From Candidatus Fokinia solitaria (GTDB lineage Bacteria; Pseudomonadota; Alphaproteobacteria; Rickettsiales; Midichloriaceae): a DNA stretch of 32,000 bases. The stretch lies in NCBI RefSeq assembly GCF_003072485.1, contig NZ_CP025989.1, positions 570,001 to 602,000 on the forward strand. Direction: 5' to 3'. Shown here one piece after another: positions 19,530 through 28,173 of this stretch (position 1 is the stretch's first letter; every line of letters begins with the position of its first letter). The notes under the pieces were generated by a model. It made no database searches. It was not told the origin of the DNA and saw nothing but the letters and a program-made list of their open reading frames with translations. The position numbers were made by a program, and so were the translations under genes.

Positions 19530-20699
19530 TCATTCTTTAATTTTTACAATCCATCCTCCTCCTAACATTCTGTCACCGTCATACATAACACAGGCTTGTC
19601 CTGGAGTTACACCATCATAGCTTGAGAATAGAGTCACTATACCAGTACTATAGTCTTTTTCATTAAATCTTATGGAAGCTTCTGTACCTTTATGCGCAGA
19701 TCGCAACTTTACCGTACAATCTATAGTATGAAATGATGAATCTATATTATATAGATCTTCTGCAAGCCAGTTTATATCTCTAACATGCACTATTTTTGTA
19801 CTAAGATAACATCTTTCTCCAACAAATACCGTGTTAGTTGCCGCTTCTAACTTAACAACATACAATGGTTCTTTGCTTTGAATTCCGATACCTCTTCTTT
19901 GTCCTATTGTATAATTCACAATACCTGCATGTTCTCCTAAAATTGCGCCACTACTGACATGCACTATACTTCCTTTTTTTAAATCACTTCTATATTTTCT
20001 TATAACATCTCTGTAATTGCCATTCGGTACAAAGCATATATCTTGACTATCACGCTTCTTTGCCACATCTAGCTTAAAATACTCTGCTAACATTCTTGTT
20101 TCCGTTTTTTCCAAGTTACCTAATGGAAATCTCAAGAAAGAAAGCTGCTCCTTTGTTACAGAAAATAAAAAATAGCTTTGATCTTTTAGGTTACTAATAC
20201 CCTTCAACAAATGACATGCATTATTCTTAGATATTTTCCTCACGTAATGCCCTGTCACCATGCATGAGGCATCAAGCAACGTTGCAGCTTTCAACAAGTC
20301 TTCAAATTTTACAGTTTGATTACACAATATACATGGAATAGGAGTTTCTCCATTCTCATAACTATCGATAAATTTCGATACGACGGAGTTAAAAAAATTA
20401 TCCTTATAATTGAATACGTAATGTTTTATACCTATTTTCTGCGCAACCATTTGCGCATCGTATATATCTATACCTGCACAACATGCGCCTTTTCTGTTCT
20501 CTAAAGAATCGCTATCGTATAACTGTAACGTTACTCCAATCACATCATACCCCATATGCTTTAGAACTGCTGCAGCAACAGAACTATCCACACCTCCGGA
20601 CATCGCAACTACCACTCTCGAACCGAGAGAAAGATTATCTAAATTTTTCTCTATTTTCGACAAAATCTCCTTTACGTTATTCATACTTATTTCAAACAA
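19530..20699 (-). CDS. mnmA: tRNA-specific 2-thiouridylase MnmA
   Basis: 389 aa; 'VVVAMSGGVDSSVAAAVLKHMGYDVIGVTLQL', 'PIPCILCNQTVKF', 'KRDSQDICFV', 'YTIGQRRGIG'. Confidence 0.97.
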   Translation of the reverse strand: MFEISMNNVKEILSKIEKNLDNLSLGSRVVVAMSGGVDSSVAAAVLKHMGYDVIGVTLQLYDSDSLENRKGACCAGIDIYDAQMVAQKIGIKHYVFNYKDNFFNSVVSKFIDSYENGETPIPCILCNQTVKFEDLLKAATLLDASCMVTGHYVRKISKNNACHLLKGISNLKDQSYFLFSVTKEQLSFLRFPLGNLEKTETRMLAEYFKLDVAKKRDSQDICFVPNGNYRDVIRKYRSDLKKGSIVHVSSGAILGEHAGIVNYTIGQRRGIGIQSKEPLYVVKLEAATNTVFVGERCYLSTKIVHVRDINWLAEDLYNIDSSFHTIDCTVKLRSAHKGTEASIRFNEKDYSTGIVTLFSSYDGVTPGQACVMYDGDRMLGGGWIVKIKE

Positions 20700-20719
20700 A
20701 TATCATCTACTTCTACACG

Positions 20720-21322
20720 TTATACGTATTGCACGTTGTTCACTTTATTCACTAAATCTGCCCTTGCAACTTCATTTGAAGTGATCAGCTTTATATCCTC
20801 AATATTTGACGATAATATATCATATACTCTATCGACGAGAATTCTCTCTTCTTTCAAGAAGCTTTGCAAGACGAAATCACTAGCTGAAGCGAGCTTATCT
20901 TTCCCTATACCAATTCTGATTCTCCAATAATCATTACCTAAGCAAGAGTCTATTGATTTAATACCGTTATGTCCTCCACTACTTCCTCCTTTTTTGATTC
21001 TGATAGTGCCGCATTTGATATCTAAATCATCATGTATCACTATCACGTTATCAATTGAAATTTTCCAGTAGTGTACTACTTTTTGCGCTGGTTCTCCCGA
21101 ATTATTCATATACTTACCAGGTTTAAACAAGAATAATTTTTTGATACCTACATCATGTAACGCCGCTTCAATTACTCCAAACTCGCCATCATAAGCTTTT
21201 CCGAGTTTTACATTATATCTTTGACTTATAGTATCAATACAATCAAATCCTACATTATGGCGCGTACCGCAATATTTACGCCCTATATTTCCTAAACCTA
21301 TTATTATCATATATACAAACAT
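20720..21322 (-). CDS. pth: Peptidyl-tRNA hydrolase
   Basis: 'MIIIGLGNIGRKYCGTRHNVGFDCID', 'LFKPGKYMNNSGEPAQKVVHYWKI', 'VIHDDLDIKCGTIRIKKGGSSGGHNGIKSID'. Start probably at the internal ATG (~21310). Confidence 0.96.
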   Translation of the reverse strand: MFVYMIIIGLGNIGRKYCGTRHNVGFDCIDTISQRYNVKLGKAYDGEFGVIEAALHDVGIKKLFLFKPGKYMNNSGEPAQKVVHYWKISIDNVIVIHDDLDIKCGTIRIKKGGSSGGHNGIKSIDSCLGNDYWRIRIGIGKDKLASASDFVLQSFLKEERILVDRVYDILSSNIEDIKLITSNEVARADLVNKVNNVQYV

Positions 21323-21364
21323 CTAAGCACCTTTTATCTTCATTATGGATACTACTCGCAAACT

Positions 21365-22246
21365 TTGTTTTCAATGCATATCCATCTACATTTAGTATCG
21401 GATTCTTCTGGTAATACCGTTAAAGAACTTGGAAGAGCTGTAATAACTCAATTCTCAGATCTGAAGGTTGATGAGTATTTATGGTCATTTGTGAGAAGCG
21501 TGGAAAAAGCATCTGATATGCTTAATACGATCGATCACAGTTATGAGAATATAGTAATATACACAATAGCAGATGATGAAGTTAAAAGGTATTTAACAGA
21601 CGCGCTAAAAAAGAAGAATATATACTCTTTTTCTCCAATTGAAGAACCTTCCTTGAAGATACAATCTATCATAAATAAACCTGCAAGGAAAAATTTCGGT
21701 AAGAGTTTACTGGAAGAAAAACATTATGACGTAGCAGAAAGCGTCAGATTTGCAATAGAGCACGATGATGGTACTAAAATTGATGACGTAGAAAACGCTG
21801 ATATTGTACTGCTTGGAGTATCTAGAAGCTCTAAAACTCCTATTTCATTTTATCTTGCGTGTAAAGGATATAAAGTCGCTAACATTCCGATCGTACTCGA
21901 GTACAGAGATTATATTATGAATGAGTTAAGACGTATAAAATACAGCACATTTATTGTAGGTATAGACTTAGATGCGCAAACAATATATCAAAAGCGAAAA
22001 CACAGATTTCTTATGGAAAATACTGTACAAACAACGGTAAAAACACTTGCATATGGCAATTATACCGATATTAGTATCATTAATACGGAAGTAAAAAGCG
22101 CAAGAGACATATTCAGAGAACTAGATATTGACGTTATAAATGCCACTTACAGAGGAATAGAAGAAATATCTGCAGAAATTATCTCAATGTTCACATATTA
22201 TGCCAATAGTACAAATTTCACAAAAAGCAGTTTTATAACAAAGTAA
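21365..22246 (+). CDS. Pyruvate, phosphate dikinase regulatory protein (PPSR family, DUF299)
   Basis: 293 aa; 'HLVSDSSGNTVKELGRAVITQF', P-loop region 'VLLGVSRSSKTPISFYLACKGYKVANIPIV', 'RIKYSTFIVGIDLD'. Confidence 0.92.
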   Translation: MFSMHIHLHLVSDSSGNTVKELGRAVITQFSDLKVDEYLWSFVRSVEKASDMLNTIDHSYENIVIYTIADDEVKRYLTDALKKKNIYSFSPIEEPSLKIQSIINKPARKNFGKSLLEEKHYDVAESVRFAIEHDDGTKIDDVENADIVLLGVSRSSKTPISFYLACKGYKVANIPIVLEYRDYIMNELRRIKYSTFIVGIDLDAQTIYQKRKHRFLMENTVQTTVKTLAYGNYTDISIINTEVKSARDIFRELDIDVINATYRGIEEISAEIISMFTYYANSTNFTKSSFITK

Positions 22247-22310
22247 TTATGAATTGGAGACGATATATAATATCAAAAAGACATCTTGTACAGAATAAGC
22301 AGTCTATAGA

Positions 22311-23333
22311 TTGACAAGATCTACCGATAAGCTAATATATGGCGTAATTATACTACATTATTCAGATTGTTTTACTTCGATGCGTGTGTCTCCTTTTCTA
22401 TTACTTCTTGCGCTTGCAATCAATATCTCTGCAGCGGAGGCTTCAGTTGAAAGGTATCAGCCTCAGTTTACTAATACTTTCACTACTCCAAATTTTAATC
22501 AAAAAACATGCGAACTCGGATTCTCATTTCTTTATAACAACAATTTAGACATAAAAGCGACAAGTGGTATACAGCAAAATATCGCACCATCTTCATCAGA
22601 AAAATTTAATAACATAACAGATATAAGTCAGAAATCGGCTTTGAATGGGATTAGTGCAGATTTGTTATATCTCGTAAGACAAGCTACATACGATAAAGGT
22701 AGAATTTTCCTGTATTCTGGCCCTACTCTATCTTACTTTCAGTATTGCCAAAAGAAAGGGAGAGAGCAATCAGAAATATTAAAAGAACTTAACTTTACTA
22801 CATTAACATTGCAAACAAAATTCGGTGGTACTGTAGATTTTTGTAAACACTTCTCTATTGGCTGTTTTTTAAATGGAAGCGTTGGAGCTGCGTATACTAA
22901 TCTGCTATTCGATTTTAATTCTCGTAAAAGGATCACTACTACTTCTAATATAGTATATTCTGACGCAAACTGTCTCACTCCCGCAACTATGGTCACTGTC
23001 ATTAGTGATTCGCAATCTAACCTCTTCGATATCGGCGGCATAAATCTGTACTACTCTTACGGTGCAGGTATACGTACAGAAATAAATAAGATGGTATTAG
23101 AATTAGGATTTACTAGATTTGACGATAAGATACAAATCTCTGATGAGAAAACGTATGCGAATGTAAGTAATACAAACTATCAGATTACAGAAAATGCACA
23201 ACAAGTAGCATCTTGTACCGCGCTAAAAGTCAATGCTATAGCACAAGGCTCTGATCTCATTAAGATCAGTAATCCTGAATTGCAATTTTCTGATCAATAT
23301 CTTATTACCTTTAGAATTGCGTATAGTTTCTAA
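22311..23333 (+). CDS. Putative outer-membrane beta-barrel/surface protein
   Basis: 340 aa; likely real start at ATG 22380 giving signal peptide MRVSPFLLLLALAINISAAEA; alternating amphipathic strands and terminal 'DQYLITFRIAYSF' aromatic C-terminus. Confidence 0.6.
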   Translation: MTRSTDKLIYGVIILHYSDCFTSMRVSPFLLLLALAINISAAEASVERYQPQFTNTFTTPNFNQKTCELGFSFLYNNNLDIKATSGIQQNIAPSSSEKFNNITDISQKSALNGISADLLYLVRQATYDKGRIFLYSGPTLSYFQYCQKKGREQSEILKELNFTTLTLQTKFGGTVDFCKHFSIGCFLNGSVGAAYTNLLFDFNSRKRITTTSNIVYSDANCLTPATMVTVISDSQSNLFDIGGINLYYSYGAGIRTEINKMVLELGFTRFDDKIQISDEKTYANVSNTNYQITENAQQVASCTALKVNAIAQGSDLIKISNPELQFSDQYLITFRIAYSF

Positions 23334-23616
23334 AAAGCATCATTCGTCACACTTGGCGCATAGTCGCGCTATAGCGCTTTTCGGTCTTTTACGATCGTTG
23401 ATGAATTCATGAAGAGAAGTACTTTCATCTATCACAGTTTTTGCGCACAACTCTGTATAGATGAAAAGGTATGACAACTGTTTTGGAAGCCTCTTTCACA
23501 ACGTTATTGAAAAAGGTTACTGCACATAACTATATTAGCACATGTTTGATCATTCACTTTTATATTTTCAAATTACTATACTTCTGCGATGCACATCTAA
23601 GTATTGTCACATCGTA

Positions 23617-23675
23617 ATTTGAACAGATGACCTACCGCTTACAAGGCGGTTGCTCTACCACTGAGCTAATTCGGC
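23617..23675 (-). pseudogene. Truncated tRNA-Thr(TGT) pseudogene
   Basis: First 59 nt identical to the intact tRNA-Thr at 25180-25254, then diverges in the T loop; the 3' T-stem and acceptor strands and CCA are missing. Confidence 0.93.
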
Positions 23676-23729
23676 GTACGCAGCATGATGCTACGTGATA
23701 TCATAACGTGAATCAAGACAATCTCCTTC

Positions 23730-23966
23730 CTAGCATTGCGCCATAAGTGTATTCTCTATAATCTTCTTCCTACGTTTTCCGTATAAATTCGCTCTTTCTG
23801 ATTTATATTTGTTATCCAATAAATACGTAATACAGTCATCTAACTTATCCATAAATTCATCCATCCTATTGCTAAAGTCATGTACTGCATCCTTCACTAT
23901 CGAGCACCGTATTTCAAATCGCTGCTGTCCACTTAATCTATGATATAAGTTTACAGTGCTATCATT
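23730..23966 (-). pseudogene. Orphan 3' fragment (last ~78 codons) of the alpha/beta hydrolase gene
   Basis: Same sequence and reading frame as 25309-25545 with four synonymous differences; no start codon or N-terminal domain. Confidence 0.92.
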
Positions 23967-24709
23967 ACAGTTCTCGAACCTCCTTGAAGATTGTTCGCCG
24001 TCATTCCAATATCACGAAGTCTACAAGCATCGCATCTTCCGCAATTTGTGACTGATAGCTGTCTTGGCTCTATACTCTCTTTCACCAATGGTCTATAGCA
24101 ACTCAACGTCATTGAGTAATCTACTCCATTCTTAAGTCCAAGCTTTACTATATCGGCTTTACTATAACGTGCCAAAGGCGCATGAACTCTAAGAGGCTTT
24201 TTACCATTTGCATACAAATTGCATCCTTGATTAATTGCATTCTGAAATGCTGTAATAAATCCACTACGGCAATCCGGATATCCTGAATAATCGACAGAAT
24301 TGACACCGATAAATATATCGTAACTTTTTATAGTTTCTGCATAACATGCAGCATGAGATAGAAAAATCATATTTCGTGCTGGCACATAAGTAGATGGCAC
24401 ATTCTGACGTTCTATATCACTTACTTCTCTATCTAACGGAAGAGGCAGTGCAGAATCTATCAACGAAGAGTAAGAGATATGAGAGATATCAAGCGTAACG
24501 AATATATGTTCGAAAACATCTAATTTATGCGCATTGAACTTTGCAAATTCGATTTCAGCTGCATTCATCTGTCCATACAAGAATGTAATAGCACATATAT
24601 CAAACTGCAGCTCATTCTTAACATAATGTGCTACAGTTACTGAATCTAATCCACCACTCAATAGCACAACTGCTTTACCTCTATTCATAAAAAAATTATC
24701 GCTGTTCAA
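23951..24709 (-). CDS. queC: 7-cyano-7-deazaguanine synthase QueC
   Basis: 252 aa; 'AVVLLSGGLDSVTVAHYV', 'CAITFLYGQ', 'YVPARNMIFLSHAA', Zn ligands 'SCY...CGRCDACRLR'. Last four codons and the stop lie within the duplicated segment. Confidence 0.95.
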   Translation of the reverse strand: MNSDNFFMNRGKAVVLLSGGLDSVTVAHYVKNELQFDICAITFLYGQMNAAEIEFAKFNAHKLDVFEHIFVTLDISHISYSSLIDSALPLPLDREVSDIERQNVPSTYVPARNMIFLSHAACYAETIKSYDIFIGVNSVDYSGYPDCRSGFITAFQNAINQGCNLYANGKKPLRVHAPLARYSKADIVKLGLKNGVDYSMTLSCYRPLVKESIEPRQLSVTNCGRCDACRLRDIGMTANNLQGGSRTVMIAL

Positions 24710-25031
24710 TATAACTCTTTATCCACACATCTAACTGTTCCAAGGTAGCTGCACCTACTTGAGATGCAATCTGCTTTCCATCTTTATATAGAACAAGCAT
24801 TGGAATTCCTCTAACTCCTACGGAAGCAACAATTTCAGTATTTTCATCTACATTCATCTTACAAACTTTCACACGTCCTTCATAAGATTTCGCAAGACTT
24901 TCCAACACTGGAGAAAGCGCTTTACATGGTCCGCACCATGGTGCCCAAAAATCCACTAAAACATAACCACCTACTTCTACAACGGAAGCATTAAAATCTT
25001 TATCAGTCACGTCAATAACGTAATGAGACAT
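24696..25031 (-). CDS. trxA: Thioredoxin
   Basis: 111 aa; 'VLVDFWAPWCGPCKALSPVLESLA', 'DENTEIVASVGVRGIPMLVLYKDGK'. Confidence 0.97.
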   Translation of the reverse strand: MSHYVIDVTDKDFNASVVEVGGYVLVDFWAPWCGPCKALSPVLESLAKSYEGRVKVCKMNVDENTEIVASVGVRGIPMLVLYKDGKQIASQVGAATLEQLDVWIKSYIEQR

Positions 25032-25179
25032 AGCATGTATAGATCAAGTTTACGTACTACTTATTATCTCAAATAAAAGACTCTATGCAACTACAAATCG
25101 CTTAAGAGAAATTATTTTCGCATCTCAATCAGAAGAATACATATCTTATGTAAGATAGTAACGTACAACAGATTTCTAA

Positions 25180-25254
25180 TGGTGCCGAATATCTGATTTG
25201 AACAGATGACCTACCGCTTACAAGGCGGTTGCTCTACCACTGAGCTAATTCGGC
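25180..25254 (-). tRNA. tRNA-Thr (anticodon TGT)
   Basis: Reverse strand gccgaattagctcagtggtagagcaaccgccttgtaagcggtaggtcatctgttcaaatcagatattcggcacca; acceptor gccgaat/attcggc, loop cttgtaa, encoded CCA. Confidence 0.96.
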
Positions 25255-25545
25255 GTACGCAGCATGATGCTACGTGATATCATAACGTGAATCAAGACAA
25301 TCTCCTTCCTAGCATTGCGCCATAAGTGTATTCTCTATAATCTTCTTCCTGCGTTTTCCGTATAAATTCGCCCTTTCTGATTTATATTTGTTATCCAATA
25401 AATACGTAATACAGTCATCTAACTTATCCATAAATTCATCCATCCTGTTGCTAAAGTCATGCACTGCATCCTTCACTATCGAGCACCGTATTTCAAATCG
25501 CTGCTGTCCACTTAATCTATGATATAAGTTTACAGTGCTATCATT
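25196..25545 (-). repeat. 350-bp direct repeat, copy 2 (parental context: tRNA-Thr and hydrolase 3' end)
   Basis: Matches 23617-23966 at 346/350 positions. Confidence 0.97.
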
Positions 25546-26025
25546 GATCATTTTTGAATCACCGGAAGGATAGATGATAGTACCAGGTCCAGGACATGGT
25601 GATACAAAGTTAGAATCAGATTTACACTCAAGAGGAGAGCATAATACAAAATATCCGATATCAGGTCTTCTCATAAAAATACGCAATGCCAACACTGCAC
25701 CATAAGAAAATCCAAAGACTACTAATTGCGATGATTGAGGTACAGAGTCTCTCAGCCAATCTACAGCTAATGACACATCTACCAACTCTCCGATATTTTT
25801 TTTGAATTCTCCTTCAGAACGCCCTACACCTCTGTGATCATAACGCAGCACTGAAAATCCTCTATTAGCAAATCTTTTGAAAGTAGATTTGATAAGTTCG
25901 TTGTTCATACTACATTCATCAGGAGATCCGGACAATATGAGAACTGACGGTGCTGTCAGAAGAAATGCTCTATGAAAATAGCCATCCAACTTTCCGGAAT
26001 AGCCGCGAATTACCACATTTTCCAT
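25309..26025 (-). CDS. Alpha/beta hydrolase family protein
   Basis: 238 aa; 'FSVLRYDHRGVGRSEG', nucleophile elbow-like 'VVFGFSYGAVLALR', C-terminal 'KDAVHDF'. Confidence 0.85.
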   Translation of the reverse strand: MENVVIRGYSGKLDGYFHRAFLLTAPSVLILSGSPDECSMNNELIKSTFKRFANRGFSVLRYDHRGVGRSEGEFKKNIGELVDVSLAVDWLRDSVPQSSQLVVFGFSYGAVLALRIFMRRPDIGYFVLCSPLECKSDSNFVSPCPGPGTIIYPSGDSKMINDSTVNLYHRLSGQQRFEIRCSIVKDAVHDFSNRMDEFMDKLDDCITYLLDNKYKSERANLYGKRRKKIIENTLMAQC

Positions 26026-26218
26026 AACGTATTATATTAACGCACGTCATACACTCACAGTAGTGTACAGTAAATAATTTTGTATTCAATAACGATATCT
26101 TAAAACATATATCGTTTATCAACACTGATATATCTTGTGCAAAGAAACGTTTTGTGTTACGAACTGGTACAGTGAAGTATTTGAACAGACTGGTACGCCA
26201 TCCTGTTCAAGTGCGCAC

Positions 26219-26294
26219 GGGCAATTAGCTCAGCTGGTAGAGCATCTCGTTTACACCGAGGAGGTCGGCAGTTCGAACCTGTCATTGCCCACCA
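26219..26294 (+). tRNA. tRNA-Val (anticodon TAC)
   Basis: gggcaattagctcagctggtagagcatctcgtttacaccgaggaggtcggcagttcgaacctgtcattgcccacca; acceptor and T stems pair; encoded CCA. Confidence 0.96.
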
Positions 26295-26306
26295 TGCTTT
26301 TCGCTA

Positions 26307-26383
26307 GGGGGCGTAGCTCAGTTGGTTAGAGCGTCGGCCTGTCACGCCGAAGGTCGCGAGTTCAAGTCTCGTCGCTCCCGCCA
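26307..26383 (+). tRNA. tRNA-Asp (anticodon GTC)
   Basis: gggggcgtagctcagttggttagagcgtcggcctgtcacgccgaaggtcgcgagttcaagtctcgtcgctcccgcca; loop ctgtcac; encoded CCA. Confidence 0.96.
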
Positions 26384-26485
26384 TTTTATTTCGCTTGATA
26401 TCTTCGCTACCTGTAGGTAAAATTATTGCACTGGTTAGACGTATTTTATATACTCCCCGTATTGATTTTATCTATTACTCTTCAA

Positions 26486-26884
26486 ATGTCTCTAAATAGC
26501 ATTTTTTGCGACTCTATCACGAGAATTAGAAATGCATGTATGGTGAAACGTGATTTTACTATTTTGCAATATTCCAAATTATTGGTAAATCTTCTTAATC
26601 TCCTCAAAACTGAAGGCTATATAGAAGGTTTTGAAATTTTTGAAGAAAGAAAGGGAGTAAGATTTATAAAAGTTACTTTAAAGTACTATCACTCTCAAAG
26701 CGTCATCAAGAAAATTGGAGTAGTTTCTAGGCCCGGCTGTAAAGTGTATACTGGCGCAGATAGAATACCTAGGTACATGGACGGTTTAGGCACGGTAATA
26801 CTCTCTACTCCAAAGGGACTTCTTCCAGATCGTGAGGCACGAGAAATGAAAGTCGGAGGTGAAGTACTTGCCGTCGTTCTATAA
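26486..26884 (+). CDS. rpsH: 30S ribosomal protein S8
   Basis: From ATG 26486: MSLNSIFCDSITRIRNACMVKRD..LKTEGYIEGFEI..VSRPGCKVYTG..GLGTVILSTPKGLLPDREAREMKVGGEVLAVVL, diagnostic S8 blocks. The track's ATG at 26426 adds a non-homologous 20-aa extension. Confidence 0.93.
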   Translation: MSLNSIFCDSITRIRNACMVKRDFTILQYSKLLVNLLNLLKTEGYIEGFEIFEERKGVRFIKVTLKYYHSQSVIKKIGVVSRPGCKVYTGADRIPRYMDGLGTVILSTPKGLLPDREAREMKVGGEVLAVVL

Positions 26885-26956
26885 TAGGTAATAACTTGAA
26901 TTCAATATTTTGCACCCTATATTAGGTATTTGTGCTTACTCAGTTAAATTTTTGAC

Positions 26957-28075
26957 ATGTCCGATAAGGATTATTACAAAGTACTCGGAGTCTCTAGAAG
27001 TGCCGATACCGATGAAATAAAAAAAGCTTATAGGAAGCTTGCTATGCAATATCATCCGGATAGAAATAACGGTGATAAAAAAGCAGAACAAAAATTCAAA
27101 GAAATAAACGAAGCTTACGAAACATTAAGTGATAGCACAAAAAGAGCGTCATATGATAAGTTCGGTAGTGCAGGTGCAGGACACGGGTTTTCTAGTGCAA
27201 ACAGTAGTCATGATTTTTCTGACTTTTCTGATTTTTTCAGTGGTATCTTTAACGAATTTTCCGGTGGTAGAAGACAGAAAAAAAGACCTATGGAAAGTCC
27301 TGGCGCAGATCTAAAATATGACTTATCAATTACACTAGAGGACGCGTATAATGGAAAGAAACATCCAATAGAATTCCGCTCATATGTGAGATGCGGAGAC
27401 TGTACTGGCACCGGCGGAAAAAATGGTGATAAAAATTTTATCGAATGCTCTCATTGTAAAGGAAGTGGCACCATGCAATACCAACAAGGATTTTTCGCAG
27501 TGCAAAATACATGTAAATACTGCAATGGTTGCGGGTATGATTTAAAGAATCCATGTCCGACTTGTAAAGGCACTGGAAGAGTACAGAAAGATCGTTCGAT
27601 ATCAGTATCGATACCTAAGGGCATTAGAAGTGGAGATAAAATAAAAATTCAGAATGAAGGAGAAGCAGGTATCAGAGGAGGGATGAGTGGCTCTCTATTT
27701 GTATTCATTGAAGTAATGGGACATGAATTTTATAAGAGAAATGGAAACGATCTAGAGTGCGAAGTGCCAGTGAAGTTCCATGTTGCAGCGCTTGGAGGAG
27801 AAGTAGAATTTTACAATATAGATAAAAATCTTATAAAAATACAAATTCCAGAAGGCACTCAATCAAGTGCAGTATTTAGATTAAAACAGAAAGGCATGCC
27901 CGTCGTCAATTACTCCAATTACGGAGATCTATACGTACGCATAAAAGTGGAAGTACCTACAAAGCTCACTGAATCTCAAAAAGACATCTTAAAACACTTT
28001 GCTGAATCTACACAAGATAACTCATACCCTAGCGTTACGGGCTTTTTTTCGAGAATTAGAGATATGTTTAAGTAA
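26957..28075 (+). CDS. dnaJ: Chaperone protein DnaJ
   Basis: 372 aa; J domain 'YYKVLGVSRSADTDEIKKAYRKLAMQYHPDRN', G/F region, four CXXCXGXG-type repeats. Confidence 0.98.
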   Translation: MSDKDYYKVLGVSRSADTDEIKKAYRKLAMQYHPDRNNGDKKAEQKFKEINEAYETLSDSTKRASYDKFGSAGAGHGFSSANSSHDFSDFSDFFSGIFNEFSGGRRQKKRPMESPGADLKYDLSITLEDAYNGKKHPIEFRSYVRCGDCTGTGGKNGDKNFIECSHCKGSGTMQYQQGFFAVQNTCKYCNGCGYDLKNPCPTCKGTGRVQKDRSISVSIPKGIRSGDKIKIQNEGEAGIRGGMSGSLFVFIEVMGHEFYKRNGNDLECEVPVKFHVAALGGEVEFYNIDKNLIKIQIPEGTQSSAVFRLKQKGMPVVNYSNYGDLYVRIKVEVPTKLTESQKDILKHFAESTQDNSYPSVTGFFSRIRDMFK

Positions 28076-28173
28076 TTTTAGTTATAATGAGCGCTAGTAT
28101 TTATTATTTAAACTTTAATATATGAGATAGATTTTATATAATATTAATATGTACATCTCGTTAGATTAAATAT

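Larger units (their letters stand above)
23617..23966 (-). repeat. 350-bp direct repeat, copy 1 (truncated tRNA-Thr 5' part + 3' end of hydrolase gene)
   Basis: Base-by-base match to 25196-25545 (constant offset 1579, no indels) with 4 mismatches. Confidence 0.97.

Noticed and set aside
23362-23378. Palindrome gcgctatagcgc followed by tttt, considered as a terminator of the outer-membrane-like gene
   Set aside because: The stem can form only about four base pairs around a TATA loop with a very short T run; not supportable as an intrinsic terminator.
26181-26210. Inverted repeat ttgaacag-N14-ctgttcaa upstream of tRNA-Val, considered as an SOS box or operator
   Set aside because: Spacing does not match the LexA spacings I know, and no SOS-type gene follows. 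A single short palindrome in AT-rich DNA is weak evidence.
26135-26329. 64-aa ORF '...GQLAQLVEHLVYTEEVGSSNLSLP...'
   Set aside because: It translates through tRNA-Val; this is a classic false ORF.
26426-26485. Upstream ATG giving S8 a 20-aa N-terminal extension
   Set aside because: The extension has no S8 homology; the canonical S8 start matches the internal ATG at 26486.
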